The notes: generated by a model from the sequence alone, not told the origin. Counted from the first letter of the stretch, positions 12,768 to 25,174 are shown. The stretch is 64,000 nucleotides of DNA from Rhodosorus marinus CCMP1338 (GCA_029953675.1 JAMWBK010000002.1:3348001-3412000), one strand, 5' to 3'. A program made the numbers and translations.

Positions 12768-13452
12768 TCACTCGCATATCCTCGCTTGGCAGAGTTTCAT
12801 AATCTTGTTTTCCAAAGCCACCTTAGTTTCAGAGACTCGTTTGTTTGTCTGCTGGCGAAGTTTTTCCTGCTCTCTCAAGGTTGTTTTCTCGGAATAAACG
12901 ATCGTGGTGAAACTGATTGCTAAAACGGAAGGCTGCGTTCTGACGTGTTGGGGCTCGCGTGCCAGCTCGTCTCTTGGCTCCTTTTCAGTCCACTGTATTG
13001 CTTTCTGTTTCCGTTACGCTTCAATCCTTGGATCAGCCGTCCATGGGTTGTAAACTCAAAGGACACGATCAGGAAAGATCCAGGGGATGTGGTGGCATGC
13101 GAGTCCCAAAACAACTCCTTCCGAAAGGCACCATTTGTTGTGAAGCGGGCATACCCTCCGGGTGAATCATTAGGGCACTAGCTAACGCAGTAAAACACCA
13201 GGCAACCGGCAAACGCATGGCTCAATATGGATATGATCGAAAGGGACGAAATGGTAGCAAACACGTTGTTCCTCGAGGTTGAGTATCCCATTAACTTTTT
13301 TGTGTCACTGGCCTCTGCGTTCCGTTTGAATCATCACCGACCTCCATCAAGATTGCAGCCCGGTAAACAAACGGCATGAACAGTACATTACGCGAACGTA
13401 AGCTCGATCCCAACCTGCACGGATCAAACGGTCCTGCTCCGCTGATCATCAT
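12768..13452 (-). CDS. Possible small multi-exon hypothetical protein
   Basis: Segments ...GGYARFTTNGAFRKELFWDSH...GLK and PISFTTIVYSEKTTLREQEKLRQQ...ICE* join in frame across a ~98-bp GT-AG intron. The start is uncertain and a plus-strand model is also possible. Confidence 0.25.
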
Positions 13453-13511
13453 GCATTAACTCCAGCAAGCCAGCGACGCGAGATTGGCTCGCAATTTTCA
13501 GTAAGCAGTTC

Positions 13512-13542
13512 TCTCATCTAGATCTCATCTAGATCTCATCTA
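13512..13542. repeat. Short tandem repeat, TCTCATCTAGA x ~3
   Basis: tctcatctaga tctcatctaga tctcatcta, read directly. Confidence 0.85.
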
Positions 13543-13865
13543 CAATCGTTTCTAGCACCAAGCCCGACAGTTGGTCACAGTGGCAGAGAGGCTAGTCCCT
13601 CAACTCTCAATACCTACGTTTTCAAGTTTGCGAGACCTTTCTGCATTTATGAGTAGGAGCCTTTGTGGTGACCTGAAAAGGGGTATCAGAGGCGAAATCC
13701 GTTAAAAATCTCAGTGGGAGTTGGAGAAAGGGTTTGTCTGTGTTTCGTGAAGGTCAGGCAGTCAGTGGAATTTTGGAACAAGTCTTGTGGGATAGTAGGA
13801 GAAAGTTGTTGTTTGACTTGTGAACTTTTTGGGGGCTTTGGGGGGTATGAGAGGTTAGCAAAAAG

Positions 13866-15335
13866 ATGGATGGGCTTGGATGGATTGGCCCTTGTGGGCT
13901 AGGGTTGTTGCGAAATGATGTATGGTGGAGGAAGAAATTACTAGCGAATGAGGGGCGGCGTCTGGCTTGGAGATGTGCGACTAGGTCTGTGCAGCGGATG
14001 TCAGTTAGGAGTATTGAAGATCCTGGCATTGTTTATGAACGGGAGAGGGTAGGTGTGCTTGTGGGACTTGGCGTAACTGCGATTGTATGCTTTGCGTCTG
14101 TCGTCGTTAGGAGGTTTGTCGCCTTTGGGTTTTTGGCTGTTGCTATTGATGTGGCTGTGTATGTCTATGTTAGCGTATTATCGGACAGGGAACGGCAACA
14201 GACGAAAATGCAGCAGCCTAGTCCAACGAAGCAGACCGTTAATACAATAAGTGACTGGGAAGACTGGGAGGACGTTGACCTGCCAAAGGACAGAGGGACG
14301 CTGTACGGTTCATTTCGTGAGGAATGGGGAAATGAGAACTTAGACCAAACACGACCTACCATTACGACAGACGAATTTGACCGAAGCACTCCACCAGTAG
14401 AGGCCCAGTACCAATCTCCAGTAAAGAGTGTAAGACAAGGAAGTAGTTACTCAATGTCGTACATGAGAGACGAAGATAACACAGACACTGATGATGGGGA
14501 GAGCGGAGCTGGGGTTTACGAAGAGGCTGAGCTCGTCTCCAGGTCAATGGACGATGATGAGAACGAAGTTCTAACGTATGAAGTCAAGTCCGTATCAACC
14601 CCGGTAAGTACCCAACAATAATGACGACGCAATGTTATACTCAGCTTTTTTTGCTTAGCTCCCAGATCTCTTACTGCCTGAGTGTTGTAGGCAGGTGGCG
14701 AGCGGGTAGAGCAACGGGAGACGAAGAAGCGATCGAGTTCTACAGCGTCTGGATCGATATTGAATGTATTTAATCTAGTCCGTGTACTTGGCACGTCACT
14801 TTATCGTGATTGCCTGGCACCCATGGTGCTGATCGCGAGTATCGCATGGAAGGATATTGAGGTAAGGCTAGTTGATGCTTTTCCTACGGTATCCCCTCGG
14901 GATTAGTAGTCGAAGGATTCACAGTGGTCCTCTCTTGATAGAAAGTCTTGAGCAGAGTTTGAAAAGCTGCATCTTGTGTTTTCTTTTTTTTATATCTGCT
15001 TTCTCCTTGGGTACTAGATCCTATTGCTCAGAGATAGTTCGGAGGAATCTATTCGCAGGGAGGTGCAGTTTGAGGAAGGACAGGGTTGGTCGGATTGGTC
15101 AGATGTAGCTGATGGGAATAAGGACGTGTCAGATGTCCTTCAAGACCTTGGCGATGGTATTAAGAACTATACAACGGACGATCTTGCGGAGAGCGTGGAC
15201 CGCGGGATTGAGGTGGCTCAGGAAGGCTTCTCCTCTGCTAGAAGTGGACTGGAGGATTTTATGAAGAGAGCGCTTGGGGAGGACGAGAATTCTTCCAAGA
15301 ATCAATCAAATCCCAAAGATAAAAAGCCAGACTGA
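13866..15335 (+). CDS. Hypothetical multi-exon protein with a possible organellar transit peptide and an acidic disordered middle
   Basis: ORFs 13866-14621 and 15024-15335 are linked by an exon at ~14690-14861 (AGGERVEQ...WKDIE) with GT-AG boundaries. Acidic WEDWED / WSDWSD motifs. No family recognised. Confidence 0.55.
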
Positions 15336-15547
15336 TCTGGACCGGCTGTCAGCAACATCTCTATGCCGGGCGCGTCCGAACTTGAATGCGAAAATATCAT
15401 TTACCATAGGTTGTTTGAGTGTCCTCAATTCTCCAGCCTGGTCGCCGAAACTAAGATAAAATTGCGTTTTGACTGTTTACAAAAAGCGACGGCAACTGTA
15501 CTGCCATCGTGAACGCCTCGGCAGTTGTCAGACTTTCCAAATCATGC

Positions 15548-17142
15548 TTAGATCTTGGCTTGAACTCCGTTGAGACCGCGGAGAGGTACGCCAGTAGATT
15601 GCAGGTACTCCGACGCGGCAGCCACTCCAGAGCCTAGCTTAACTGGGATTCCCACGTCCCTCAATGTCATCTCAACTCCGGCGAGAGTTCCAAGTAAAGT
15701 CAACTCGTTGATATCACCAATATGACCAATTCTGAACACCTTGCCCTTAACCTGATGGGTGGAGAGCGATACGCCCCTTTAGTCAACCGCATTCCGGAGA
15801 AGCGAAATTTGCGTGCTAGGCTATGGCGTTTCCCGCTCACCTTCATCAAACCACCGCCAAGGGATAGGTTGTACTTCTGATAAGCTGTCGCAACAATTTC
15901 CTGTCCATCGAACCCGGCAGGAACTAGAACAGCTGTGATGGCATCGGACTGCTCCGATTCTTTCTTCGCGATCGGCTTCAATCCCCAGGCCTTGACCGCG
16001 AGTCTGGTAGCAGTTGCCTATCAAAACAACAACCATCGAGAATATCGACTTATCAGAGATGCTGTGTTGAATCCCAGGACATTGTAGCAACCAATTGCGG
16101 AAGTCATTACCAGTCTGTGGTGCCTTTCCCAGACGTTCTCAATTCCCTCCTCAAGAAGCATGTCCAAGGCCTCCCTAAGTCCGTGCAAGAAAGGAGTCGA
16201 GGGAGTGTAGGGGAAGTACCCCACGTCGTTGTTCACGATCATGTCGCGCCACGAGAAGAAGCACCTAGGATATGTGGACTGCAAGAGTCGTTCGAAATGG
16301 AAAAAGCTGGTGAGATTTCGCGCACTCACGAACAAAACATATTCTTAGCGGAGGGAAGGCGGAGACCCGTTTCCGGTGTGGGTGGTGAGCTTACAGTTTC
16401 GCTCATCTTCAGAGCTTTCTGCGAGGCAGCAAGGAGTCCTAAGCCAGCTGGAAGCATGAAGCCCTTCTGCGAGCCAGTGATGGACACATCAACACCCCAT
16501 GCGTCCATCTTGAACGGAAGTGACGCGATTGAGGAAACTCCGTCCACCATGAGAAGAGCCGGGTGGCGGGTCTCGTCAAGAACCCTCCTCATTGCGGGGA
16601 TATCGGTGTAGACTCCAACCGTCGTCTCATTCTGAACAACGCACAGGGACTTGATTTTGTGGGCTCGGTCGGCCATCAAATGCGCCTTGATCTTGTCAAC
16701 GGGCAGGCCTTCACCCTGATTTTTGGGAAGCGATGCACACGCGAGTTCTTATTAGAGTCGATTAAGTGGGGGTTTAGATTAGATGTAAACTTCATACCCA
16801 TTCCACATCCAGTACGATTGGGTTGAATCCCAGCCTCTCCATCATATCGATCCAGAGGAGGGAAAACTGTCCAAGGCGCACAGTCAGGATGGTGTCTCCT
16901 GGGTTGAGGCAGTTCGTTAGCCCAGACTCCCACATTCCAGTTCCGGTTGCCGAGAAGACGAACGCCCTTCCTGTTTCAGTGCAGAAAATCTTTTTCAGGT
17001 CCTTCAGCACGGAGTGCGTAATCTCGGGAAAATCAGGAGCTCTGTGATCAGTGCTGTTCCTATGCATCGCACGCTGCACCCGGTCCGGGACGTTAGTTGG
17101 TCCCGGCACCATCAAAAAGTTCTGACCGTGAATCACAGACAT
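15548..17142 (-). CDS. AGT1: Serine/alanine:glyoxylate aminotransferase (class V PLP enzyme), peroxisomal, 5 exons
   Basis: Motifs [30 protein letters not shown]-lysine TGSQKG, PYTPS and FRIGHIG. Ends in the PTS1-like tripeptide AKI*. Confidence 0.95.
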
Positions 17143-20033
17143 TCTGAATGACAAAAGAGCACACCGACTACAACAACTTCTACCTTCTCACAAAATCCCA
17201 ACCACCTTTCCACCACTTCACTACCCAACCCCCCTACCACCTCCAGAAAATCAAAAGAGTCCAGTGCTAGGCAGAGGCCGCCCCGACTCTTTCACTCCTG
17301 CTTTTATACCGCAGAAAAACAACCTAATGGCCTCCGACCAGTCAGCCCGCTGGTGCACCAGTTGCAAAATTTTAACAGTCAGTAAGGGTTCAAAGCCCAA
17401 AACATTCATTGCAGATGAAAAACATATGGAGCACGTTCTTTGGTGTGGGGAAACCAAACAACACAGGAAATTTTTCCTCTCTTTTGCATGTATGTTTCTG
17501 CTATTGTATTCTATCTATCTATCTTAGCTCACAAACCTCAATTCTCCCCTTCTGTTTTCATTGGACATAGAAACCCTGGCAGGCAATTCTCCTATATGTA
17601 AATTGTTTTTAAAAAACACTATCCAAGTCATGGAACGAGTATCCTAAAACGAAAAAAAAAAGGAGAAGAATTTTGTTTGGGGTTTTTTTCTGGCTTTCAA
17701 GAGCAATCTGGACGATTAAGATTGATTGGAAACAATGACATGTTTGTTGAATAAAAATAATGTTTTTTTGTTATCCTGATTAAGAACCTGTTTCGAATGC
17801 CCTTGGAAAGTTTAGGCTGCTTTTTTTTTTGGGGGGGGCATGGGGGAGCTTTTTGGGGGCCTGGAAGTATTGAGAATCAAAAATAAATTAGATTATTTGG
17901 GATGAATATATTCATATTGACTGGTACGAGGGGTTGGAGAGTGGGCTAATTTTGTCACTGGTTTCCTATTAGAAATGGTTTATGGGGGGGGAAGAAAGGG
18001 GGAACACACCAAAAAGTATGGTCGTTGTGACGACCTGAATGAAATCCAGTTTTCTGTTAATTTCCGATGCAATGCAGATCAAACTTTCTTTGGTTTTTCA
18101 AGTAGCTTCGAATTCGAAATTTATTTAATTTCTAGATTTTGCTTAGTGCATTCTAGCCTCAGGATTTTTTTGTGGGGGTTTCTTGTTCGTAAGAAGCCTT
18201 TTTGGTGGATGGGTTCTTTACGGAGAATACATCGTAATTTTACATGGGCGAGCTGACGTACTAAGAAGATTATGGACGAGTTGGTTCTTTTATTTCCTTT
18301 GTTTTACAGAGGATCTCTTATCGATAATATGCTTCCCTCGAACTAATTTATTGTGTCCGTCTGATAAAAGCCGTTTCAGTCAGTGCTGGATGATTGCACA
18401 GAGGTGGTTTTGGCAAGAAGTAGGACAAACTGCGCGCTCCATAAGCTGTACTAAAAGTGGAGAGCTTGGATCAACTCAAGACGATCTGTGTATGCTACCT
18501 GATCAACAATTCCACCACGCTCTTGTTTGAAATTTGGTCTCGAGGATTTTTGTGATTGTTCCACCCGCGTGTTTGCGTTCCACCCTATATCAGCTGATAT
18601 TCTCTTTGATGGCACGGCATCACGCGCGGCATCATCCTTTTTTTCTTTGCATAAACGCTTGCCTTCACTTCCATCGTCCAAGTCGGTTGTGCACGTCGCC
18701 CGATCAGCACGCTAATGCTTTGGAAGGCTTCGGTGCCGCTTTTCCTAATGATGGACAAGTTTGCTCGCCCTCGCAGATTTGGAGGATCCGGCTTTTTGTC
18801 AAAGACCCTGGCCTTCACGGTAAAACTCTCCGCGCCGGTTCTGGGGCTTCACAGGTTTCCCATGATGAGGTGGATAGCTGCGGAGTTTTCAGTGGCTTCA
18901 ACCTGAGGCACACGGAGGATGCGGGGGGGACCTTGCGACTCAGCTTAAGAGTTGCCTGGCATGGGAAGGTACTGGGTTGCAACTGGCTACTCACTACTAA
19001 ACCCTTCGTCAGCGCGCTTCACGCCTAACGCAGAGCTTGCCTTACTCAGCCCAAGAAAAGAGAAGCGTCGCCTTTCGCCCGTAGTAGTTTACCACTTTTC
19101 CGTCGCAACCTCCTTTTTTTTTTTGCGACAGGAACAAAACAAAAATAGTAGGAAACGCGCTCGCGGAATTCCTACGTGAAAGATCCAAATCGGCTAGAAT
19201 ACGTACCAAATAGTACCCATCAGGAAAAGCATGAATGCTACGCATTTACTCATCCATATGTGCAAACTTCTATTAACAAAAGCATATCCTATCCCAAATC
19301 CTATGAAAACCATTCATTTGGAATGCTTTCCACTGACTTTGCATCCACCATGCCTTCTCAGTCATTTTCTGATCACATCTAATATTTTCTTTCGAATAAT
19401 CAGAATACGAGATTCTCTTTGATTGATTCCATCGATTATCCTCCAGACTAGTTTGACCCCCTGGAATTCAGTGTCGAAGGCCACTACACATCCAGTTAAA
19501 CATTAGAAATATTTTGATTTTGCAGTTATTACTTACCAATTTTTACCTCCAGGATGAAAGACATCAGCTTAACAACCCAAAAAAAAAAAGCAGCCGAGTT
19601 TGCATGGAATCGATTGACGAGAAGTTGTTAATGGATGTTTTAATTGGGAAACATGTTTTGGATGGATTCCCAAAACGAAAAAATTTGGCTGTCAGATCGG
19701 CCTGATGGTCAGCTGACTTTACGTTTTAATGGTGAAAGAGTTGGGTGGAAGGAACGAAGGAGGTAGGTGGGTAGATGTGGGCCATGGTTGGGTTAAATTG
19801 AAAGTAGATTCATTGAGCGAAGTGCTTCTAAGTGAGAAATTGTACGCGTAGTGGAATTTTTTGATCTGCGCAAGGAACAGGTTTTTGAGAAATGGACTGG
19901 TGTGTGTGAGGAGAGTATCGATAACAATAACTAGTATCCTTCTTCGTTTTCCGAGCATGTGTAGAGTTGCATTCGTCCCTGGAACGGAATTTTTGTAGTT
20001 TTTCTTGCCTTGTTAAAGTTTGGTGGTGTTAAA

Positions 20034-21163
20034 ATGGCCAGCTTGAGTAGGAGCCCGAGAAGCTGGATGATGCTGGCGCGTCCACAGATCCATCAGAAGC
20101 GTCTGACGTCATCTAGGAGTTTTGAAGCTGGCTTGAACACTTACCGGAAGTCGACGCTGAATTTGGTGGATGATATGATTGAGTCTGGCAGCGGGTTCGT
20201 TAGCTCTAGTAGTATAGAGTCGGAACTGAACATCCTATCCGAGCGACAAGGAGCAACCCCATCCAGGCTTGGAACGTCGATGAGCATTGAGGATGGTATG
20301 AGCTCACTGAAGGGCATGAGCACTCCCGACAAATACGAGAGAAGCGCGGTAGAGGACATTCCCCTTTTGGAGTCGCTGTCACCTTCTGCTTCTCATGAGG
20401 AGATCGTCCTCGATGCAAAGCGTTGCATGCAGACTGGGGCGCTAGTCCCAGATTCAATTGTTTTCCGCTTGCTCAAGGATAGGATGTCCAAAGTAGATTG
20501 CAAGCAGCATGGATGGCTCCTTGATGGTTTTCCTAGGACGTTGCTTCAAGTAGATGCTCTCGAGGAAGCCGGTCTAGTCCCCGACGTTGTGGTATTCTTG
20601 AAGGTCTCCGATGCAGATGTACTCGACCGACTCTCATACCGCAGAAGTGACCCAAAGACGGGGAAGATTTATAACCTTAAACATAAAGCGCCGAGTTGTC
20701 CAATTGTCACGGACCGCCTCGTTCGGAGGGACGACGATTGTGAACCTGTGATTAAGTCGAGGCTGGGCAGTTTCTACAAGAGCACAGCTTCTGTACTTGC
20801 CAAGTTTCGCGAAAAGGACGTCGCAGTGCTGGACGTTGAAGCAGGTAAGACACTTCGCCCTCGGCACGAAGATGGCCGTTCGAGGATATTCTTTTCTCAC
20901 ATGGCATCTCCGTGTGAAAATCTGCAGGCAACGAATTCAGTCAGGAGGAGATTTTCCGAAAAGTGCGGGGAGCGATCATCGGACACTTCATTTCAAGACG
21001 CACAGTAGAATCTGCGTATTCAGCAAGACCGGTCAGGATTGCTTTAATGGGACCGCCTGGATGTGGGAAGGGGACTCAAGCTGAGCAGCTGCGCTCTAGC
21101 TTTGGCGTAGTACATATATCTATTGGAGACCTTCTTCGCGATATGGTCGCTAGAGGTTCATAA
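20034..21163 (+). CDS. Adenylate kinase family protein, circularly permuted, 2 exons, 348 aa
   Basis: Exons 20034-20844 and 20928-21163 (83-bp GTAAGA...CTGCAG intron). Motif order: [38 protein letters not shown], then [10 protein letters not shown] and HISIGDLLR at the C-terminus. Confidence 0.92.
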
Positions 21164-21567
21164 AGTTTTTAACCAACCGCAACCGTTTCCGGTATTTCCT
21201 TAAAGTTCCCTGGGGCTGCCACTATGTCAACTGATTCCACCCCCCGCAAGCTGTTTTTCACTGAACATTGCAATTTTGGCCTCGCGCTTACTTCAAACTC
21301 GTTTATATCAGAATAAGAGTCAAATGCCGCTTTGCATCAAGAGTCAATAGAACGACTTCACATCGAATAGATTCTAATTTGCCTAAGTTGAATCCGCTCG
21401 ATGGTACGATCAGTTGGTTATCTACAGTTTGGGATATATTTAAGACCGATGCGCTTTCAGGGTGCACTTGTCGATTATCCGCGTTACCCACACCTGTTCA
21501 GGCCCAGAGACTCGAAGCATTCTGAAAGATGCTCGCTAGAGCCCTTAACATTTCCGCTTCGTCGGTC

Positions 21568-22781
21568 TCACTTCTTCTGTTGGAGCTCCTTTTGAGCTCC
21601 TTGCTTTGCAAACTTGCTCCGCATGGTACTGTCGGAGTAGTTTTGACCTAGTTGCTCGACCTCATTGCCGAGGTCGCCAACTGCTGCCTTGGAACCTAGC
21701 GATTCATCACAGACAACGAGTTCGTAAGGTCAGCGACAGTGCAGCTAGCAAGGGCTTACAGTGGTTCGTCCAGGGCACCAGTCTCACCGTTCTTGTCGCC
21801 AATGCCTGGCGTCAGGCTCGGCTGCGGTGCCCTGTACATCGTGTCATAGGCGTATCGGTTGAAGTCAATTGGACCAGGCATGTAGTATGCGACTGGAGAA
21901 GAGGGCATGTGATGAGAAATGGGATATGCTGTCCATTGGTTGTAAACGGGAGAAAAGTGGTGTGAGAACAGCTGCGGAGGGATTGGAACATATGCTCCCG
22001 GGCTGTATCCCATGTGCACATAAGCCTCAGCCTCGCCGGCCGCTTGCTTGTTCTCGCGCGATCTTCTGGACTCCAAACTTTGTTTCGGTTCGGCCTTCTT
22101 CACTTCCACAACCTTTCCCAGGATGTCGTGATGTGCACTACCATCGGAACTCCCAAACAGCTCAGCGATTGCCGCTTCGTCTTCAAAAGTAACAAACCCA
22201 AAACCTCGTGAGTTTCCAGTCTTGTGGTCAATCAGAACTTGTGCGTCGGCTACTTCGCCAAAGGCAGAAAAATGCTCCTCGAGCTGACCGTTTCTACAGT
22301 GGGATGGAAGGCCGCCTACGAAAATCTTCTTACTAAGCGCGGGATCTGAGGCCGGCGTAAGGTCCTTTGCAGGTCCCAAAGCTTCCTCTTCCTCTGGTAC
22401 TTGCTTTTCCGGGAAATTTATAGACTTCTTGCTAGTTGTACCGCTCGGGCTGCTTGAGACAATACTCAGATCTGACCTTGGTACTGCATGCTTGGCATCA
22501 ACCTGGCGTCCGTCAAGAACGTGCTTCGTGGTGGTTACCTTGTTCGCGTCCACAGCATTTTCATATGATACGAAACCAAACCCTCGCGGATGCTTTGTGT
22601 GCCTATCTCTCATTATGAGGCAGTCGTGCACCTTGCCAAACTGTTCAAAGTAGTTCCTCATGGACTCCTCGTCAGTCTCCCAAGACAAGCCCCCTACGAA
22701 GACCTTGAAGCTTGACCCAGCGTCCTCATCATTTATGTGGGAGATATGGGAACTGTCGTCCCCATCACTGCTCGAACTCAT
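21568..22781 (-). CDS. Two-RRM RNA-binding protein (Musashi/Hrp1/hnRNP A-like)
   Basis: RNP2 VFVGGL and IFVGGL, RNP1 RGFGFVSY and RGFGFVTF, followed by a Tyr/Pro-rich tail. A probable final intron (GTGAGA...CTAG) extends the CDS to the TGA at 21568. Confidence 0.9.
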
Positions 22782-24595
22782 CGACACCAAAGAGCTCCCC
22801 CAAGCCGCCCCAACCTCGAGATCCTTAGGACCCTCCAGGATCGCTAACTCAAGATTCTCCCTGCTAAGATTCAACCCTGCCAAAGCCCGCCACAAGCCTC
22901 AAAAATTCAAGCAGTTCTCGCACGGAACTTCCCCAAGAAGCCTTACTCTCTTCAGCACGTACCGATTTCCCTCTACTCCTTTCTGAAGCTATATACCAGA
23001 AAACCCTCCTTACTCTACAACTCCAAAGAGATACGCCTCCTTCTCGAAACAATCCGAATTTGATATCGACTGGATACAGACAATCGTTTCCAAAGCTCTC
23101 AACGCCCAACTTAGATACCCTCTCCTCATAGCATGGCACCTTGCTCCTTTTTCTCCAGGCTCAAAAACTCATCACCAACGATGCAAATCAGCTCCCCTTC
23201 TCACTGAGCCATCTAAATTTCCATTTCGGGGGAAAAAAACTAAACGGGGTCAGCATGAAATGATTAGCTATTGAAAGAAAAAAGAAGCTTGCCATGATGA
23301 AAGTACAAGAAAACAATATCATCGCAAAGTTTTCTCCAAAAAAAATCACTGAATAGCTTTCTTCTAGTGGAAATATTTACCCATACACCAGATAATTCTA
23401 CAGATAAAAGGATAGAATCTTTAACCAAAATACTTAAAACGGACTCGCTTTCGTATCCATCCGCTCGGAAACGGATCATTCTGCAATGAAAAGTTGTCAA
23501 AAAATATCAAAACATATCATTCCTACCGAGCCACAATCTCAGTGGGGGTAGATCCAACCTCTTCCGAAAGAATGTTCTGATCGAGCATGAATTGAGACAT
23601 GATCATTCACAGCTGCACAAAAACAAAGGATATTTAGATATAGTTCCCCAAATAATAGAACAAAACTTTTTAGTTCGTATTTTTAACTATTTTCATGAAG
23701 ATTTACGGTGTCGGGATTTCATTTAGATGGACGGAAAATCTGCGAAAATATTTGTGTTTTTCTGTAGTACGGTTTGGCCCACCAAGCCCGGCTGATGAAG
23801 GCGGTTATTTGACTAGGTGCCAATCAATTTCAGTTAACCCTGTCCACCAAATTGGCTGCCAGTGGACCGGTGGAACACAAACTCCCTAAGTCTTTGAAAA
23901 ACGATAATACGCTAACCAATAATAAACGTACACAAGAAAACGAATGTCCAATTAAATCACCGTACGTTAACAATTTCGGATATGTTTTTTGATTTTTGGG
24001 AAAGTTCATTGGCCAAAGAACCATGTTGATTCTCTTTATTTCTGAATTTTTCAAGAGTACGAAAGCTTCCCCCTTTTTTTTTACCTGCTTTTAACAGTTT
24101 GGCAGATTTTTCCAAGACGAATCGGGCCATTTGTCTTTTTAGTCAGCGGATGCAGTCGCAATGTCGTCTGCCCCGCTTTAGGCTTTTAGCCCGCGCGTAC
24201 TCAAACAATACCTTCCCAATTTTTTTTCACTTTTTTTTCTTTCTCTCTCTTGCTTGCGCGTGTTTTCATGCGTCTGGCTTTTGAGTGTATATTATCTTTA
24301 GAACGAGAGCGGAACTCATACTGGTGCGGATAGAGTGTTATGGGAGCCGAGCAGCACTCAAACATCTCAAGAAACAGTCACTAGGAGTGAGCTAACTTTT
24401 GTTGGCGAATGAATAGTTTGCTACGGGCTTGGAATTTCCACGCTGCCCCCTTCAAGATATGGTTTATTTTTATTTCACTGGACCACAAAACAATTTATTC
24501 GCGATGCTGTGCGATCTCAGCGGGCAGCTGGTTAAGGGACAGCGCGGTTTGTACTGTCGTGGGGGCAATCTGCAAGACCCTTTCCGGTAGACCTG

Positions 24596-25174
24596 TCATG
24601 CGCAGTGCACAGGTTGGGTCGCTGAGGGTTTTAACCTGCCAGACATAGATAATGACAGTCTAGTCTGCCCATCTGGATTTCTGCACTCCTGAACGGTATC
24701 AACCTCTCCTCTCCAAACGAAGCCTTTTTGTCGGGTTTCCAACAGCGTCACCACCGCGTCGTGGAAATCTGTACTAGGATATCTGTGGGCACGATAGTAG
24801 CTCATATACGGAACGGTAAACAGTTGCCCCGGAGCCGCAGGCTTTTGGATTTCGCGTTCGTGGTTCAGCTTTTCTCGACCGGTAGGAGCGAATGCATGCG
24901 AACGTTCGAGTTTTGCACAAGGCATGCTTGGGGTCCGACGGAGATCCGAACTCATCTTTCCCATCTGGGGAAGTGAAACACGCGTTTGTGTTTGTGTGTT
25001 GTTCACTTGTTGCACACGGTTTTGACGCAGTGGGTGGAACCCTGTTGTTCCCGCAGGGTTGTAGCGCCTGTATTGCGCACGGACTGCTACTTGTTCTAGC
25101 GAGGGCTCCCTCCCCTTAAGACCCGAACCGAACCCAAAAGGTCCCAATGCTTGCAATTCGTTTTCGAACTGCAA
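24596..25174 (-). CDS. Hypothetical protein, probably a terminal exon
   Basis: 192-codon ORF starting right after a CAG acceptor. Upstream exon(s) unresolved; no motif recognised. Confidence 0.4.
   Translation of the reverse strand: MQFENELQALGPFGFGSGLKGREPSLEQVAVRAQYRRYNPAGTTGFHPLRQNRVQQVNNTQTQTRVSLPQMGKMSSDLRRTPSMPCAKLERSHAFAPTGREKLNHEREIQKPAAPGQLFTVPYMSYYRAHRYPSTDFHDAVVTLLETRQKGFVWRGEVDTVQECRNPDGQTRLSLSMSGRLKPSATQPVHCA

Noticed and set aside
18585-18908. Minus-strand frame with an in-frame TGA at 18849-18851, a possible selenocysteine or readthrough
   Set aside because: No redox motif, start codon or recognisable SECIS. Strand skew favours a plus-strand gene here, which I could not resolve either.
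21150-21530. Possible intron after ...ARG that would extend the adenylate kinase into a second full domain
   Set aside because: The donor would be non-consensus (GTTCAT). None of the downstream frames after candidate AG acceptors contains LVPD, LDGFPR or LID motifs before the convergent RRM gene.
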